Of a stretch of 64,000 nucleotides of DNA, positions 12,511 through 26,087 are shown piece after piece. Numbering within the stretch: the first letter of the stretch is position 1; each line of letters begins with the position of its first letter. Source of the stretch: Malacoraja senta (Eukaryota); NCBI GenBank assembly GCA_038087875.1, contig CM075998.1:2978001-3042000 (forward strand), given 5' to 3'. The notes under the pieces were generated by a model. That model did no database searches. It was not told where the DNA came from and saw nothing but the letters and a program-made list of their open reading frames with translations. Position numbers and translations under genes: made by a program.

Positions 12511-15500
12511 ACAAGGGCATAACATTCAAGGGCATGTTATTTACAGATTGTATCATCTGTAATTAAAAATAAATAAGTACCTGGATAAATTTGAACTAAT
12601 CAGAGCCAACAGTTAACCCTAATTAACAGTTATTTTTTAATGGAAATTATAACATGGATAAGGAATTTGTTCTCCGTGATGTATCTGTGGAAGGAAATAG
12701 ACAGACAACATTTTGGGTCAGGACCCTTTTTCAGACTGCCCTTAATAATGTTCAGGCAAGGGCCAAGTATCAAAAATATAAGGCCAAGAATTGGAAACAA
12801 CCTCTGGACCCTAATAGGGAATTAGGTAGGAGGCAAAAAACAGGGATAATATGTAGCTACTCCAACAAATAGGATGTACAATGGCAGTACACAATATTCT
12901 ATCCAAACACCTAATTCAATTGGATCTGTACTGCAGCTTCAGATTTTCAGCATTTTATCAATAAATTACAAAGAAAGAGAAATACATTATCCCACAATTT
13001 GGTGACATGGTAATTGGTGTAGCTGAGAGTAGAAATATGAATTAGAGACCCCCAAGGGGAATTATGTGAGTATTTTGTAATTGATAAAAGATAAAAACGA
13101 TGACGTAGCAGAGATTACAGGGCCCATGTAGAGAAATCACTAAAATAGATAATTAATGCAGCCTTTGTTGGCCTTTCTTACAAGAAGGCTAAATTGCAAA
13201 AGGGTGGAAGGTATGTTATGTTTTGCTGAAGCTCTATTGGAATTGGAATTATATAAGATTGCAGAACTGTATTGCATATTGCATACAGTCTGGGCATCAC
13301 ATCTTCGGAAGGATACATTTGTCGTGAGGGCTCACAGTGTGGATTCACCCAAAAACCACACGAGGACAAGTTTGAAAGACAAGATTAAGGGATGATATAA
13401 TTAAGATAATGACATACATTGATAAGATAGATACAGGAAGACGATGTCCTCCGGGAGATGTTCAGAGCACAGCAGCATAACTTTTGTTAAAAGCAAAGAT
13501 ATTCAGGAATAATGGCAATACGCACATCTTCCACACAAACGGCTATGGAAACCTGGAAAATCCACCCCCCTCCCCCACCCTTAAAAAGGATTGACACTAG
13601 ATGACCGTTGGAAAAAAAAAATCAAAACTGATATATAGATTTATGTTAGCTAAGGATATTAAGAACTGAGGAACAAAAGCAAGTAAATGAAGTTGAGGCG
13701 CAAATAGCTATGATCTAAATTAATGGTTTTAAGGGTTTAATGTTTACATCCTCTTCATACCTTTCCAAGTGCATCAGTCAGGAGCCATAGATCAATCAAA
13801 AAATAAAATTGACGACTTGGAACAGGACAGGATGGAGCCAGAAAAAAATCTGACAAATTGAGAATATACCACTACCTCTCCAGGTAATGTTCCATGTTCA
13901 ACAAGTTCAGTAAGTCAAGTTGCAGAATATTTTTGGAGCAATAAGGAAATTATGGGATATCTGAATCAGGCAAGAACCATGATGTTATTGAAGAGTACAG
14001 CAGGCACAAGGAGCTGTATATTATTTTAATCCCATAACAAGCATTTCATGTAACATAACAGGTATTTAATTAATTAAATATTAAAACATGTTTTGAGGAA
14101 AAATTGTCTGGGTTGAGGTTTTTTTTCGCATGGAGGAGACTAAAAGAAGATTGTATTGATGTGTATAACATTCAGAGACCTAAATGGATTAATTAGAAAG
14201 AACCTATTTTCCTTACTGCAGAAAATCGGATACTAAAAGCAGAGAATACTAGATGCACAAAGCAGGCCAGGCAGCATCTGTGCAATGAGAAACAGATAGC
14301 CTTCTAGGTTCAAGACCCTTCATCAGAACTCATGTTTTAAATTGTTGATTAGAAATACAGGAATATTTGCTTTAAATCCTTGCTTTAAAATAATCACCAA
14401 GGAAACATTCATGCAGGTTTGTAGGGTACAAGTGATTTTGTTGTTACAGTTGTTAAAAATGGAGTCAACCTCCTCATTTGTGATCATCCCTCTGAATGGT
14501 CCAGGTTTTGTGGCCACATACAGTCTGCTGCATTATATTGACCGTGACTTTAATTGGATATTTAATAGTGCAAACAAGTTTAACATTGTTGACAGATGAA
14601 GCAACTGCACTAGCTTCTATAAACTAGGTTAAAAAAATAATAATAATGCTTCACTTAAAGCTAGCACCACACTTACATACTAACAGCACAAAGAGTGTAC
14701 TCCTTGGAAAAAAGCATTTCTGCAAATGCACTTCCATCCTTTGTTCTGACCCACAAAAGACCAAGACCCCAAGATCATTCTGTGTCTGCTGTTACACAAA
14801 CTCTGTCAACATACCAGGTACCAACATAACAAGACAAAATTCAACCTCGATCCATACTTCTGAATAACCTCTTAGTGCCTCTGGTGGAAAGCTGAGAATC
14901 TGACTTGGCACTAATATCTCCTGCTGCCCAATAGCTGACCAACACACAAACAATTAATTATTTGGAACTACATTCAAACTGGTTTCAGGAGAGAAACAGA
15001 AAGCTCATTCATTTTAGCATGCCATTGATCAATAATTGTTATTACTTTGCAATAAACCCAAATAACACATTATTCTCTGCACAAAACAACCATATGGGTA
15101 TTTAAAAATAAAACTGCATAACCAACAGGAGTTATTTTGTTAACTTGAATATCCTATAACCAGACCTACCAACGTATAGAGGCTCCAAAAGGTAGGAAGC
15201 CCTCCAAAATTGGATGGTAGGAAAATCAGGATGGAATTGACGGGTATGAGTGGGGGAGAAAGCTGCAGAGAAATAAATGGGGAAAATGGGATCTATGGTT
15301 TTGCTCAGAAACAGCATATATGATGGACCAAAGGGCCTTTTTCTGCATCTTGAAAATTGAAAAAAAGTCACATTTAGCAACAAAAGAGTTCAAATGTATA
15401 TCAGCGGGTGAGCATGCAAGTCAAAAGTTTCAAATTTAAAATCCGCCTCCAAATAAACTCCATTAGACAGATATTTGGGTCAACACTCACATCACAGAGA

Positions 15501-16006
15501 TGCATGCATTGTTCTTGGTGTAGATAGCCACGTTGCAAATGCTGCAAGAAATCCATCTGTGTGGGCATGGATTCAAGACAAAATCTTGTCTTGTAATATA
15601 ATTGCCTGTCAATACTAATTATTAAGGCGGTTGATGAATAATAATCCATTTGATTGAGATGGTAAAGGGTAACCAACACCCATGGTACCATATTTTGGCA
15701 TGAAAGCAAGAAAGGAGGGTTTTTATACGAAAAGCTAAATCAGACTTGCCATATGCAAAACGTTACACAAACGGCCAGATCCTAGGACAGGATCTTTTGG
15801 CTCATTAGATTATGAAACGCTTTTAACACTGGCACTTGTAGGCTGTAGATGACTTATATCCCTACATTGACTACTGCATACATCGTCAAATACACTGTCA
15901 AAAGATTTACCACAACAAAATGTAATACTAAACTATAATTAAAAACAAATGATCCACAAATGTAAAACTCAAACATTGTTTGTGGACAAAGAATAATTTC
16001 TCCTCG

Positions 16007-16188
16007 GTACACAAAAATGCTGGAGAAACTCAGCGGGTGCAGCAGCATCTATGGAGCGAAGGAAATAGGCAACGTTTCGGCCCGAAACGTTGCCTATTTC
16101 CTTCGCTCCATAGATGCTGCTGCACCCGCTGAGTTTCTCCAGCATTTTTGTGTACCTGGGATTTTCCAGCATCTGCAGTTCCTTCTTA
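16007..16188 (+). mobile_element. Penelope-derived fold-back (palindromic) insertion
   Basis: Perfect 75-bp arms around 16081 plus a 3' tail. 15-bp TSD AATAATTTCTCCTCG. Confidence 0.9.
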
Positions 16189-17749
16189 AATAATTTCTCC
16201 TCGCTAGATTGAACAACAGCGTTAATTAGGCATCAACCATTGAGTACATTTCTTAAGAGGTCACTAAATTGTATGCATCTACATTTTCCATTCTCTGACC
16301 ATTAGGCATCAGGCACTTCAGATTCAACTGCACCGTCACTGGCAGCACAATAAAAGTAGAACAAATCTTACCAAGAATGTCAATCTGAATTTACAGGGCA
16401 CCACCACATGATAGGTACTGTTTATTACAGGAAAGCATGGGGAAAGGGTGAGGGGTGCTGGGAAAGAAAAGTTCAGAATAAATTAATTAGCAGTTATTTG
16501 ATGAATGAATTCATACATAACCCATTTAATTAACAGTAAACTTAAAATATTTTAAACATGTTTATATTCTTGAAGATCATTTCACTAGAAATAATTAGAA
16601 AATAGTTTTTTTTAATATAAATGATGCGACAGACTACATATAAAGACAAAGCATGCTATTTTTATTCGACAATAAGAACGTTTTAAAAACTGTGCTGTCG
16701 GGTTATTGACATTTTGTTCTCAAGTCTCATGGGCCCAACAAATACATTTCTACATTTAAAATGGTCCCTACCGTTAATTTCATTAAAGTGGTCAGGCACT
16801 TTTCTATAATACATCTTAAAATAAAGAAACAAACTAACTGATGGATCTTACTTTCAAGGTTGTTAATTACATTGATTTTCTCCATAATCTCCCAATTTAA
16901 GTAGGTCAGGCAATGGGATTGTATGGGTTTTAATGCAATGGAGCCCGTTAGTTTTATAAACTCAGCCCCTTTATTCAAAAGCAGTTCCTGATTTTCGTCA
17001 GATAGAAATGTATTCGGCCTCTGAATTATTTGCTTGGGTGTTCAGAGCATGCGAAACGAGATGACTGAAATTAACATTTTAAAACGATGCATTTCATGTT
17101 TAATCCGAATGGATTAAATGACTACATTCAAGTGAATCTTTTGTTCGTCTCCAATTGTGAACCACGTCGCGCTTCTCTCCAACTCCTGGGCCAAGACGAC
17201 ACACCCCCAACCCCACTTCCGACTTGGAAACAAAATATAACTAGAAACTTTCAAGACTTTTAGAAATCACAACGTTGCAATCCATCTACCAGCTATTTAG
17301 CTTTTTACCCCGACGGAACGTAACGTCGCTCCAAATTTGGGATCAAATATATCTGGAAATCAGGGAATCGTTTAAATTGCATACGATGTAAACATCTTCA
17401 GAAGTCACCTTTAGCATCTGATTGCGATGCTATAAATTACGGTAACTTTATTGTTAAAAGGCACATACAAAAACGAATTTTAAAACTCGGTTTGGCTGTT
17501 TCGGCATGTTATTAAAATATCCGATTATTTTTTTAAGAAAGCAATTAACAAACAGTTCCCTTGTTTTTATTTATGCCAGAACTTCAAAGTCCAGCTCATA
17601 ACTATAGTTTAACATCTGCCCCTGAAAATCGTTTTAAAAATAGCGTCTCAAACCACAGCATACCGCCCTAGAGATTTTTTTCCCCCCACAAAATGATTTG
17701 AAGAAGGAATCCAAAACGTTCAGCCACCTTTCACGGTGCGTTTTGTTTT

Positions 17750-18850
17750 TAATTCTCATTATTTAGGAAAACAAAGCCCTTGCCCACGGAGGCCACCCGT
17801 AAACTTGGGATGGGTTCATCGAGTGAAATGTCCCCCGGACAAGCTGAATGCGATGGTCTGAGAGGCGTTTTTCCACAGATTAAGGATGAAGAACGTGCAT
17901 TCAAACCGGATAAACTTCCCTCCCTCGCCCCCACTTCCATTAGAAACTCTCAAACCGGCACGCGCGCGCACATATATATATATAATATATATAATATACA
18001 CACACACATTCGCTCGCACGCATTTACCTCAAAATTCATCCCATTTTACCACAAACAAACTATGCCCGGAAAAGAAAAAGCGTCCAAAGAGGTTTTCAAA
18101 CATGTCTGCTCCGTTTGCTGACTCCCGGGATGTGTTTATAAATTTTAAATTAACGGGTTCTCCGAAAACGCCTCACAACAGCAGCAGCAGCAGCACCACC
18201 CCCTCCCCGCGCGCCCCAGGGCTTGCAGAGCCCAGAAAGGAGACAAAATGATTTATTTTGCACGTCTAAAACATCTCGAACCCCGCTTTTTCTTCTTTCC
18301 CCGTGCACTTTTATCTCACCCTCGACAATACATTTCCATTCGCTCACAGCACTTCCTTCTAGGCACCATCTAAACATTTTTTTGGAAAAAACAAGCTTCC
18401 AATTAACTGCTTATACACTCACTTTCACTCCATCCTCGCTCACTCCGCTTGCAAGATTCAGTGACTTTGTTGTGAAATCTCTCGCTTTGTTTCCGAGGCA
18501 GAGGGTTACATTTCTGATGTAATTTTAATTTTTAATCTATAAAATCCCTGTCGGGAAGCAGAAATACTTGAAGCGAACGGCCATCTTGGAAGCCCTGAGA
18601 AAGGAAAATAATCCCGCTGACTCGATTTCACTTCCCTTTCTGGATGAGACTAGATTTAATTAGATAAGAGTCAATGTGAATGCGTTTCGGTATTTTTTGT
18701 ATTTTTCTTAGAGATTTGTCTGAATTTTTAAAAAAAATACAATACTGCGGAGAGATATTATTTTAGGGCGGAGAGCAGCCTAATCTCTTTGCAGCAGCGT
18801 TCTGACGTATAATCCTCCGCAGAGTTTAAAATCTCACATTTAAAGCGGAA
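17750..18850 (-). promoter_or_regulatory. CpG-rich promoter and candidate first exon (minus strand), possibly the distal kmt2d promoter
   Basis: CpG enrichment and no repeats. YY1 motif AAGATGGCCG (minus, 18578-18587), GGGAAGTG at about 18630, GC box at 18766. GAG|GTAAAT donor at 18028/18027. Confidence 0.55.
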
Positions 18851-19789
18851 CATCAGAGCATCCGTTTGGTGAAGTGTTTATGTGAAACGTGTTAACTACA
18901 ATCATTTAAAGAAGTGTTTGTTGAAGGAGATTCAGCGTGAAAAGTTGCCGATTTGCATTATTTTTTATAAACGCGGCGAAAGACCTTTGAAATGGGCAAC
19001 TGATGCAATGTTTTGTGCACGCTGGTCGATTGAATGTTTTCTTATCAGACTCTTTGCTTGTTATTACATTGGATATCGGACCCACCACCATGGTGGAAAG
19101 TGGGAGGAATTTCACGTGAATGCAAAATGACAACCTACTTCGTCATGTAAAGTGTTTATTTCCCCTTTTCATTCCCTTAAATCAGTTGTTGTGCCTAGTA
19201 GATAGAGTTCAACTCGCAGTCCAACAGCGAATTGCCCAGGTAGTTAAATTTGTTGTCAGTTGTAATTTTGCAGCGGACAAAGAAGCCATTTGGCACAATT
19301 TGCCTGCCCTGGCTTGCTCAGAGGCACAGTCTCTCTTCCCCCTTCAACTCGGATTTTTTTTTTTTTACAAAGGGAAGTTGACGACTTTCGTCAATTCTGC
19401 TTCCACCGCTGTTAAGTCTTCTATGTACCAACAGCCTGCACCATAACATTTATTTCGCTTTGTGGGCTGAAGTTTGTTTCCTCATTACTAATGCATCAGA
19501 AAACTTATTTACATTACCAAAACTCTTCGACGTTTCGAGCATAGCTGGAAATGCTTCTCTTTGCCTCTTGTATGTTTGTTTTTTCTCCCTAAAGGCCACT
19601 TTTCGCATCTTTTCACACCCGGCGTCCATTTATTGCAGTCCCGTTTCTCTATCCTACCCACTTCTGGGAATCGACAATTTAAGTCCTCCCTCCTGTTGGC
19701 ATTGTTAGGATCACCTTACTGACTTAGGATATTCACTTGCCATGAATGTTCAGAACTGATTACATAGAATCCTAGCACTAATTCACAAG

Positions 19790-20260
19790 TCAAGAGCGTT
19801 TTATTTTCATATGGCCCGAAACGGAACAATGACATTTTTACAAGTATAGCACCATAGCAGAAATGTAAACATCAAAATAAACAAAAGAGTTCAGTATATA
19901 TCGAAAATAAACAAAGATAATAGTGTAAGGACAGAAACCCCCACCCCCCAGTCTATGTAGTTCAGGGCTTATTTCGAGGCTGTAGTGAGGAAACTGCTTC
20001 CGAACCTAAACGTTACCGTTTTCAGGTTCTTACACCTTCTTCCAGGTGGCAGGAGTGAAACGAGAGTGTGGCGTGGGTGTCTGATGACGCTGGCTGCCAT
20101 TCCGAGGAAGCGACTCCTGTAGTTTCCTTCGATGGTGTGGGGCAGTCATTACCTGTGTTGGAGTGGGCAGTGCTCGCCACTTTTTTTTGCAATTTTCCTC
20201 GTTCCTGGGTGATCAAGTTGCCAAACCAGGCTGTGATGCAACCAATTACAATTCTCTCAG
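19790..20260 (-). mobile_element. Rex1/Babar LINE 3' fragment, degenerate
   Basis: GCITAWFGN...ERGKLQK peptide remnant. Confidence 0.75.
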
Positions 20261-22406
20261 TTTCATCACTAATCAACTTCCACCAAGGAGAATTAACGAC
20301 ACTTATAAACGGTAGATACTGAAGCAGGTAAAACGAGTTTGCAATCCGTGCAGGGTACCAGTTGTGATCATTACTATTCTCCTCCAACCCACAGAATGAT
20401 AACTCCATTGAGTGATCTTACCAAGTTGTAAATACAATCTCCACTCTGGCACCTGCTGCTTATGCTCCAATTGGAAAATGCATCAAATCCTGACTACAGC
20501 TGCACATGATATGGTCTTTTATAGCTGGCAATGGAAACACCCCCCCAGTATTTCTCATTGAACAACTCTTATTGGCGGTTCCACTAATCTGTAGGTTGCT
20601 GGGCTGAATCCTGGGATTCTTCTGTTCCATCTTTTATATTTCTGTGTTGTGTGTTTTTAAACAAAAATGCACTTTTAGTAGTGGGCAGTCCTCGTTGTTC
20701 TGCCTTGAAAATGGATAAATCTGTTGGTTCATAGAAGTGGGTATTGATCAAAATAGGAAGAAATAAAGCATACTTAGCTGGTTTGGGCTAAAGTTAAAAA
20801 TAAACACCAAGTATGTTACTGCAAACCAAAGGCCAACTTAATGAAATACATGAAAAACGAAATTGAAAGTTAGTTGTTGAAAAATAAATGGCTGCATTTG
20901 AACCAAGGATGGTCTTGCTCCATTCCACTTGGGTCCAAAGGAGGTTTATGAGAATGATCTTGGGGATGATTACATATGATGAACGTTTGATGGCTCTGGG
21001 CCTGTACTCGCTGGATTTTAGAATATCATTAGAAAAATAGTTTACTTTAATTAGGTTAAAAAAGTCTGAACTACTATCTATTAGTAGTAACCACATCAGG
21101 ATATAGATTTTGGCTGGATTCATTGCAAGACAATTGCTGATTTCCTCAATGAAAGGAAACTCTGAAAGTGGTAAAAAATTCATAAAGCTTCAATAGGAAT
21201 TTTGCAATATTTCAACTTCAGCAATACTTCATCAATTTCTTTCTTCAAGGCAAAATGACTTTACTGGGTTTCCATGGCACTGCCCTTCAGAACACGACCC
21301 CAAATAACCATTATTGATAGAAATCTTTAACAATGAAATGTTGATAGCTCACTTTACAATAACAGGACATCACAATGTAACCACACTCTGTCTTCAACAT
21401 TCATACATCGGCTGTCCCTATAAACCACCAGACAACTCCGAACAAGGATTGTACTTTCATGGAATGTACAGCTCATTGGATGAGCTGAGCCACAAGGCAA
21501 TTTACACTGCTGTCTTGTCTGCAACCATAGGAGATGCAGCACTTACCCTTTGATCTCTATCCACCTCCAGGAATCTAAACACTTTCCAGGCGATGCAGCA
21601 AATTGAAAATGTATTTTCTAATAATGGTTGGGAAATGGAAAAAAATTTCATGCACCCAATTCATGATTGCTTGCACATACACTAACTATGCGCACCAAAT
21701 CATACACAGAGCATCATGTTATTCATAAGGTGAAATAGGCTTCTCAAGGCAGGGAACAAAACCAGAAACCAAATGAAAAGCTTGGGTCAGGCAGCAGCTA
21801 TGGAGGGAGACCGTGTTAATGTTTCAGGTCCATCAGAAGTGGAAAAGTGAGAAAATTAGCTTGTTTATGTTGCAAAATATAAAATGGAATTAAAAAAACA
21901 GAATGGAATTATGTTCTCCTCCCCTCCTCTGTCCATATCTGGCTCATCTCTTCCCTTTCTCTACTTCGCTCTGTCCCCATCATAAGGCAACCAGTATCCA
22001 TTACTAGTCCAGACTTCCACAGTTTTCTCAACTGCAGCCAGTTTCCTGCAAGGACGCTATTCAATTGTCCCAATTTCTTTGCCTCTGTTCGGATGACAAG
22101 ACTTTCTAAACCAGTGCAGGGGATGTGTTCCTTTCTCAGTGACCGCGCCATTCTCTATGAAAGTGACTGATTTCAACCAAATCTCTGTGCTCACCATCTC
22201 TCCTCCCAGCCAAAATAAGGACGGGTGACCCTTGCCTTTAAAATAAAAGTAGAGATCTTTGCACATGGAAACAGGATGTGGAACTGAAATTAAAGAAAAA
22301 CATTTCCTAAAATGTACTACTGTTCTTTGGTGTAAAAACACTCTATGCAGAGGCAGATACTGTATCTATTGGTTCATTCAGCTGTATGCATGCTTCAGTG
22401 CAAATG

Positions 22407-22640
22407 CTGTCAGTGTGGAGTTTGCACTTTCTCCCCGTGACTGGTTTCCCTTCCCTCTTATGTCCCAAACACGTGCAGGCTGGTAGTTTAATTGGCCACT
22501 GTAAATTCCCATGCGTGTTGATGAGTGCAGGAACCTGGGGAATTCCTGATACTGTGGAGAGAAGGGAAAATAATGATGGGAATATTGTCGTCAGCATGGA
22601 CTTGGTGGGCCAGAGGCCCAAATTCATTTCACTGCACCTT
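22407..22640 (+). mobile_element. degenerate V-SINE
   Basis: GTGTGGAGTTTGCACTTTCTCCCCGTGAC V-domain and CR1-like 3' end. Confidence 0.7.
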
Positions 22641-22779
22641 AAGGGTGCATGTGACGAATAAAATTGACTGACTTTGCTGTATCTCTAATGAAATGGCTAA
22701 TCCAACAATTTTGTGGATGAAGCATTTGGATCCAAAGATAGTTTCATGTTCATAACGGTCAAGAAATTGAGACACAAGT

Positions 22780-24617
22780 CAGATGATTCCATAATATTTT
22801 AATAAACAAGTCCCGCAAATCAACTTCACATAGTACCTTACACAAAAAAAATCCTGTCTAAACTTAGTGCCGGCATGGGCAATGCATTAACAAAATATTA
22901 CTCGGACAAGATGATAACAGATTACAATAATAGATCATTGATAAACTACTAAATAGCCAACACTTCAAGACTCAATTACATCCATAGCTTACATAAGACA
23001 AAAGGTCAGCAAAAACAAAGAATTCAAGGCACTATTTCAATGGTAATGTGGGCCATTGATCCAAGTACAGTTGGCCCCAATTGAGGATATCAAATATTTT
23101 GCCCACTTGGAGCAGAATAAAATTTTTTTTTTAAAAATCATAGAAAAGACAAATATATCAAAATGCAAATCCTTCACTGGTCAGAAAACATTGAGATTAA
23201 TCTCAACTCACTCAGTACAAATCTCTGTCATTGAAAGTGCACTTCAAATGTTAACTCGCTTTTGAAGGTGGTACGAATTGCTCCATTTGAGACCAAAATG
23301 TTCAGACTAGATCTGACCAAATAGCAGTTTATGTCCAAATGCAATTTTGGCTTTCTTAGATTTATTGGAGTAATTTTATTCCCAAAATATTGCTTCAATC
23401 ATACTGTTAGCATGAGGATCACCTAACAAGGAACAGGTGATTAGTAGAAGCAAGCTTCTCTCATGATAATGGCAAATCGTGGCTGCAGCATGACATCCAG
23501 TTTTTACATAAAGATTATGCACAACTACTCAATTAAATCCACAAGCTCAAATCAAAGCCTAATGGATGGCTTCAAAAGTTAACAGGCAATTGGTAAACCA
23601 AAGTTTTATGTCAGAAATAGCAAGTGCTCTCAGACTATTGCAGCATAATTCATTTAGCATGAATATCAAACGAATCAGCACATTTAAATAAGTAACTATG
23701 TTTCTCAATTATTTCACAACAATAAAACCATGGCAGTTGATCAAATTAGACATACCAAAATGATTTTGCAATACTTAGTCGTCCCTTACCATAAAATAAA
23801 CATTCATGTTGCTGCACAACCCAGGCCAACGCAGCTCACATCTATCAGCAACATTTTCTTTGTGTCATGTTCAAACTCAATTGAAAGACAAAAAGAAAAT
23901 CTTCAGCTGGACAGATGGGAAAGGGGTTATGAGGTACGAGTTGCTTCCAAACAGTAAATCAATAGATCCATTCCATGAAGCAGCTTCATTATCACTCTAA
24001 ACCAAAGTAAATCAAAAAACCGGGTCTCTCAAACCAGTAGATTTGGTTTTAGATCAAATAGCCAATAACAGACAATATTCTTATTTAGACAGTTTCAGCA
24101 GTTCAAGATACCAATATTACAATCTAAACTTTATGCAATCTCAATTTGCTACAGACTCTAGATTTTTTTAAAGTCCTTTGCAAGAAGCATTTTGAAAAGA
24201 CTGCATTTATTCCCACTCCATGGAAACAAAATCCACATGAAACTTAAAATAAAAAGGCTTTGGTGAAGTGGCAATCCCATCAGACACCAAATGTACTTTA
24301 GAAGCTAGTTCATTAACATAAAGCAGGCCTTTGATTTCAAACGATGGGCAAGCTTCTGATTCATTACTGAATACCACTTAGAGTGGATCTTATTTTACTA
24401 GCTATACAAGTCTAAGCAAGGACTTGCATATCACAAACAATACAAAGCTTATTTAACGACTCAGTGACCTAATAAATCAAGCCAACTAGTGTAGAACAGT
24501 TGTGGTAGACTTCTATTCTGTTAGCTCAGCTACAGGTAACCAGATCACAAAATGGTTAGGTCTCGTAACTGCCTTCATTCCTCAGCAACCAGAAAAGTGT
24601 CATGGCCACAAAGCTCA
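22780..24617 (-). other. rhebl1: probable rhebl1 3' UTR
   Basis: Repeat-poor AT-rich stretch after the stop codon. Candidate ATTAAA signal on the minus strand at 22798-22803. End point approximate. Confidence 0.5.
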
Positions 24618-24704
24618 CTACATCATGTCACATTTCCTGTCCTGGACATACCCAGCGGGTTTTTCAATTTCCTGGATCATCATTTTGAATATTTGCACTG
24701 TGGT
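24618..24704 (-). CDS. rhebl1: Rheb-like GTPase last coding exon (TTVQIFKMMIQEIEKPAGYVQDRKCDMM*)
   Basis: TTTTTCAG acceptor, CaaX box CDMM, TAG stop. The eight exons sum to 549 nt (182 aa plus stop). The rhebl1 versus rheb call rests on recalled sequence features. Confidence 0.92.
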   Translation of the reverse strand, partial: TTVQIFKMMIQEIEKPAGYVQDRKCDMM

Positions 24705-25182
24705 CTGAAAAAGAACAATTCAGTTATGTACATAATATTTCCTTCTTACAATATAAATACTTGCCAGAGATGCAAAGCCTAGGATGGCTGGTAAATATTC
24801 TCTCCCCTTCCCATAAATGTACGTGAGCAGTGACACTCGAGGGGAAATTAGTCAGTCAGAGTCAGTCGTTAATAATCTGACCAAAGCACCATTATCTTGT
24901 TCCAATGGATATATAGTAAACTGTACCCACAATTGGCATAGGCTCAAGTTGGATTTGGGGACCTTTCTTTCTGGGTCCTCAAAGGTGAATAGCCTCCTCC
25001 TCTTCCATAATTTTTTTTATTAACATTTTCTCTGACATGCAAGAAAAACAAATCTCATGAACACTGGTTTGGAATCCAAATTTTCAGTACCAGCACAAGG
25101 TTTATACATCCTCACTTATTCAGCATGACGCCTCCTTTAAGAGACAAATGTTCAAGCAATCAATTTCTTCCCAATCACTTAC

Positions 25183-25264
25183 ATCATTCTGTTTTGCCGA
25201 CGATTCCAAGAATGCAGCTCCCCAAGAATGTGCGAGTTTCTTCCCTTCTTCAATTTTCACCACT
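25183..25264 (-). CDS. rhebl1: Rheb-like GTPase exon 7 (VVKIEEGKKLAHSWGAAFLESSAKQND)
   Basis: 82 nt, TTTCCATAG acceptor and GTAAGT donor. G5 box ESSAK. EGKKLA.SWGA is RHEBL1-like. Confidence 0.95.
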
Positions 25265-26039
25265 CTATGGAAAAAAAGGAGTAAATATGTCAAAATGACA
25301 CCATTATTTAAACAAAAAACAAATACACAAGCAATTTTGGCAAAAAATGATTTTTAAAATAAAGACTGAAGTATCGACTTCCACCTCTCTCAAAGATGAT
25401 ACTCCTAAGTCGTTTTTGAACAGAGGCGTTACACTGGAAAACCTTTTATCCAACTTCCAGATCAAAAGATATTTTAAAGACTGTCAGAAACCATTTCTAC
25501 TGAATTGCCTCGGATTCTATGATCAACTGCTTCAAGATCTGGTTCTCATTTGGAATTTCATAAATTTGAGCCTTAATCATATCTGAATGCACTATCCTTT
25601 TGTACTAATTTCCTTTATTTAACTGATTTTTTTTAAATATAAGAGGCAAGTACACATTTAATATCTTTATAATCCCAGTCTTTTACAATAAGAAAAAAAC
25701 TGGCAAAAATACAATTCTTCTAATTCTCATGAGGACAATTAATACCCAATCATAGACATTTGTGGCAGCAGTTGGCAGGTACCTTTCTTCAACCATCATA
25801 TTCGGTGTTTAATTTCCCAAGTCATTTCCTCACATATCCAGAAAAGGTAGATGATTTTTTGTTACTGAACTAAGAACATCCCAAATAGAAATCTCTCCTG
25901 GACAGTGTAGAAACCAATTCCCTCCCTTGCCACTTATTTGTTGGTTCCCACCTATTACTGAATAATTAAGAATAATCCTTCGTTATAAACAATGTTTTAC
26001 ACATTAAACTTTGCTCTTTAGAGAAAAACTACTACATAC

Positions 26040-26087
26040 CTTTGTTTGGTAAGGTCTTTCTTATTTGCAACCAGCACTGTCGGTATT
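26040..26087 (-). CDS. rhebl1: Rheb-like GTPase exon 6 (IPTVLVANKKDLTKQR)
   Basis: 48 nt, TTTAG acceptor and GTATGT donor. G4 box NKKD. Confidence 0.94.
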
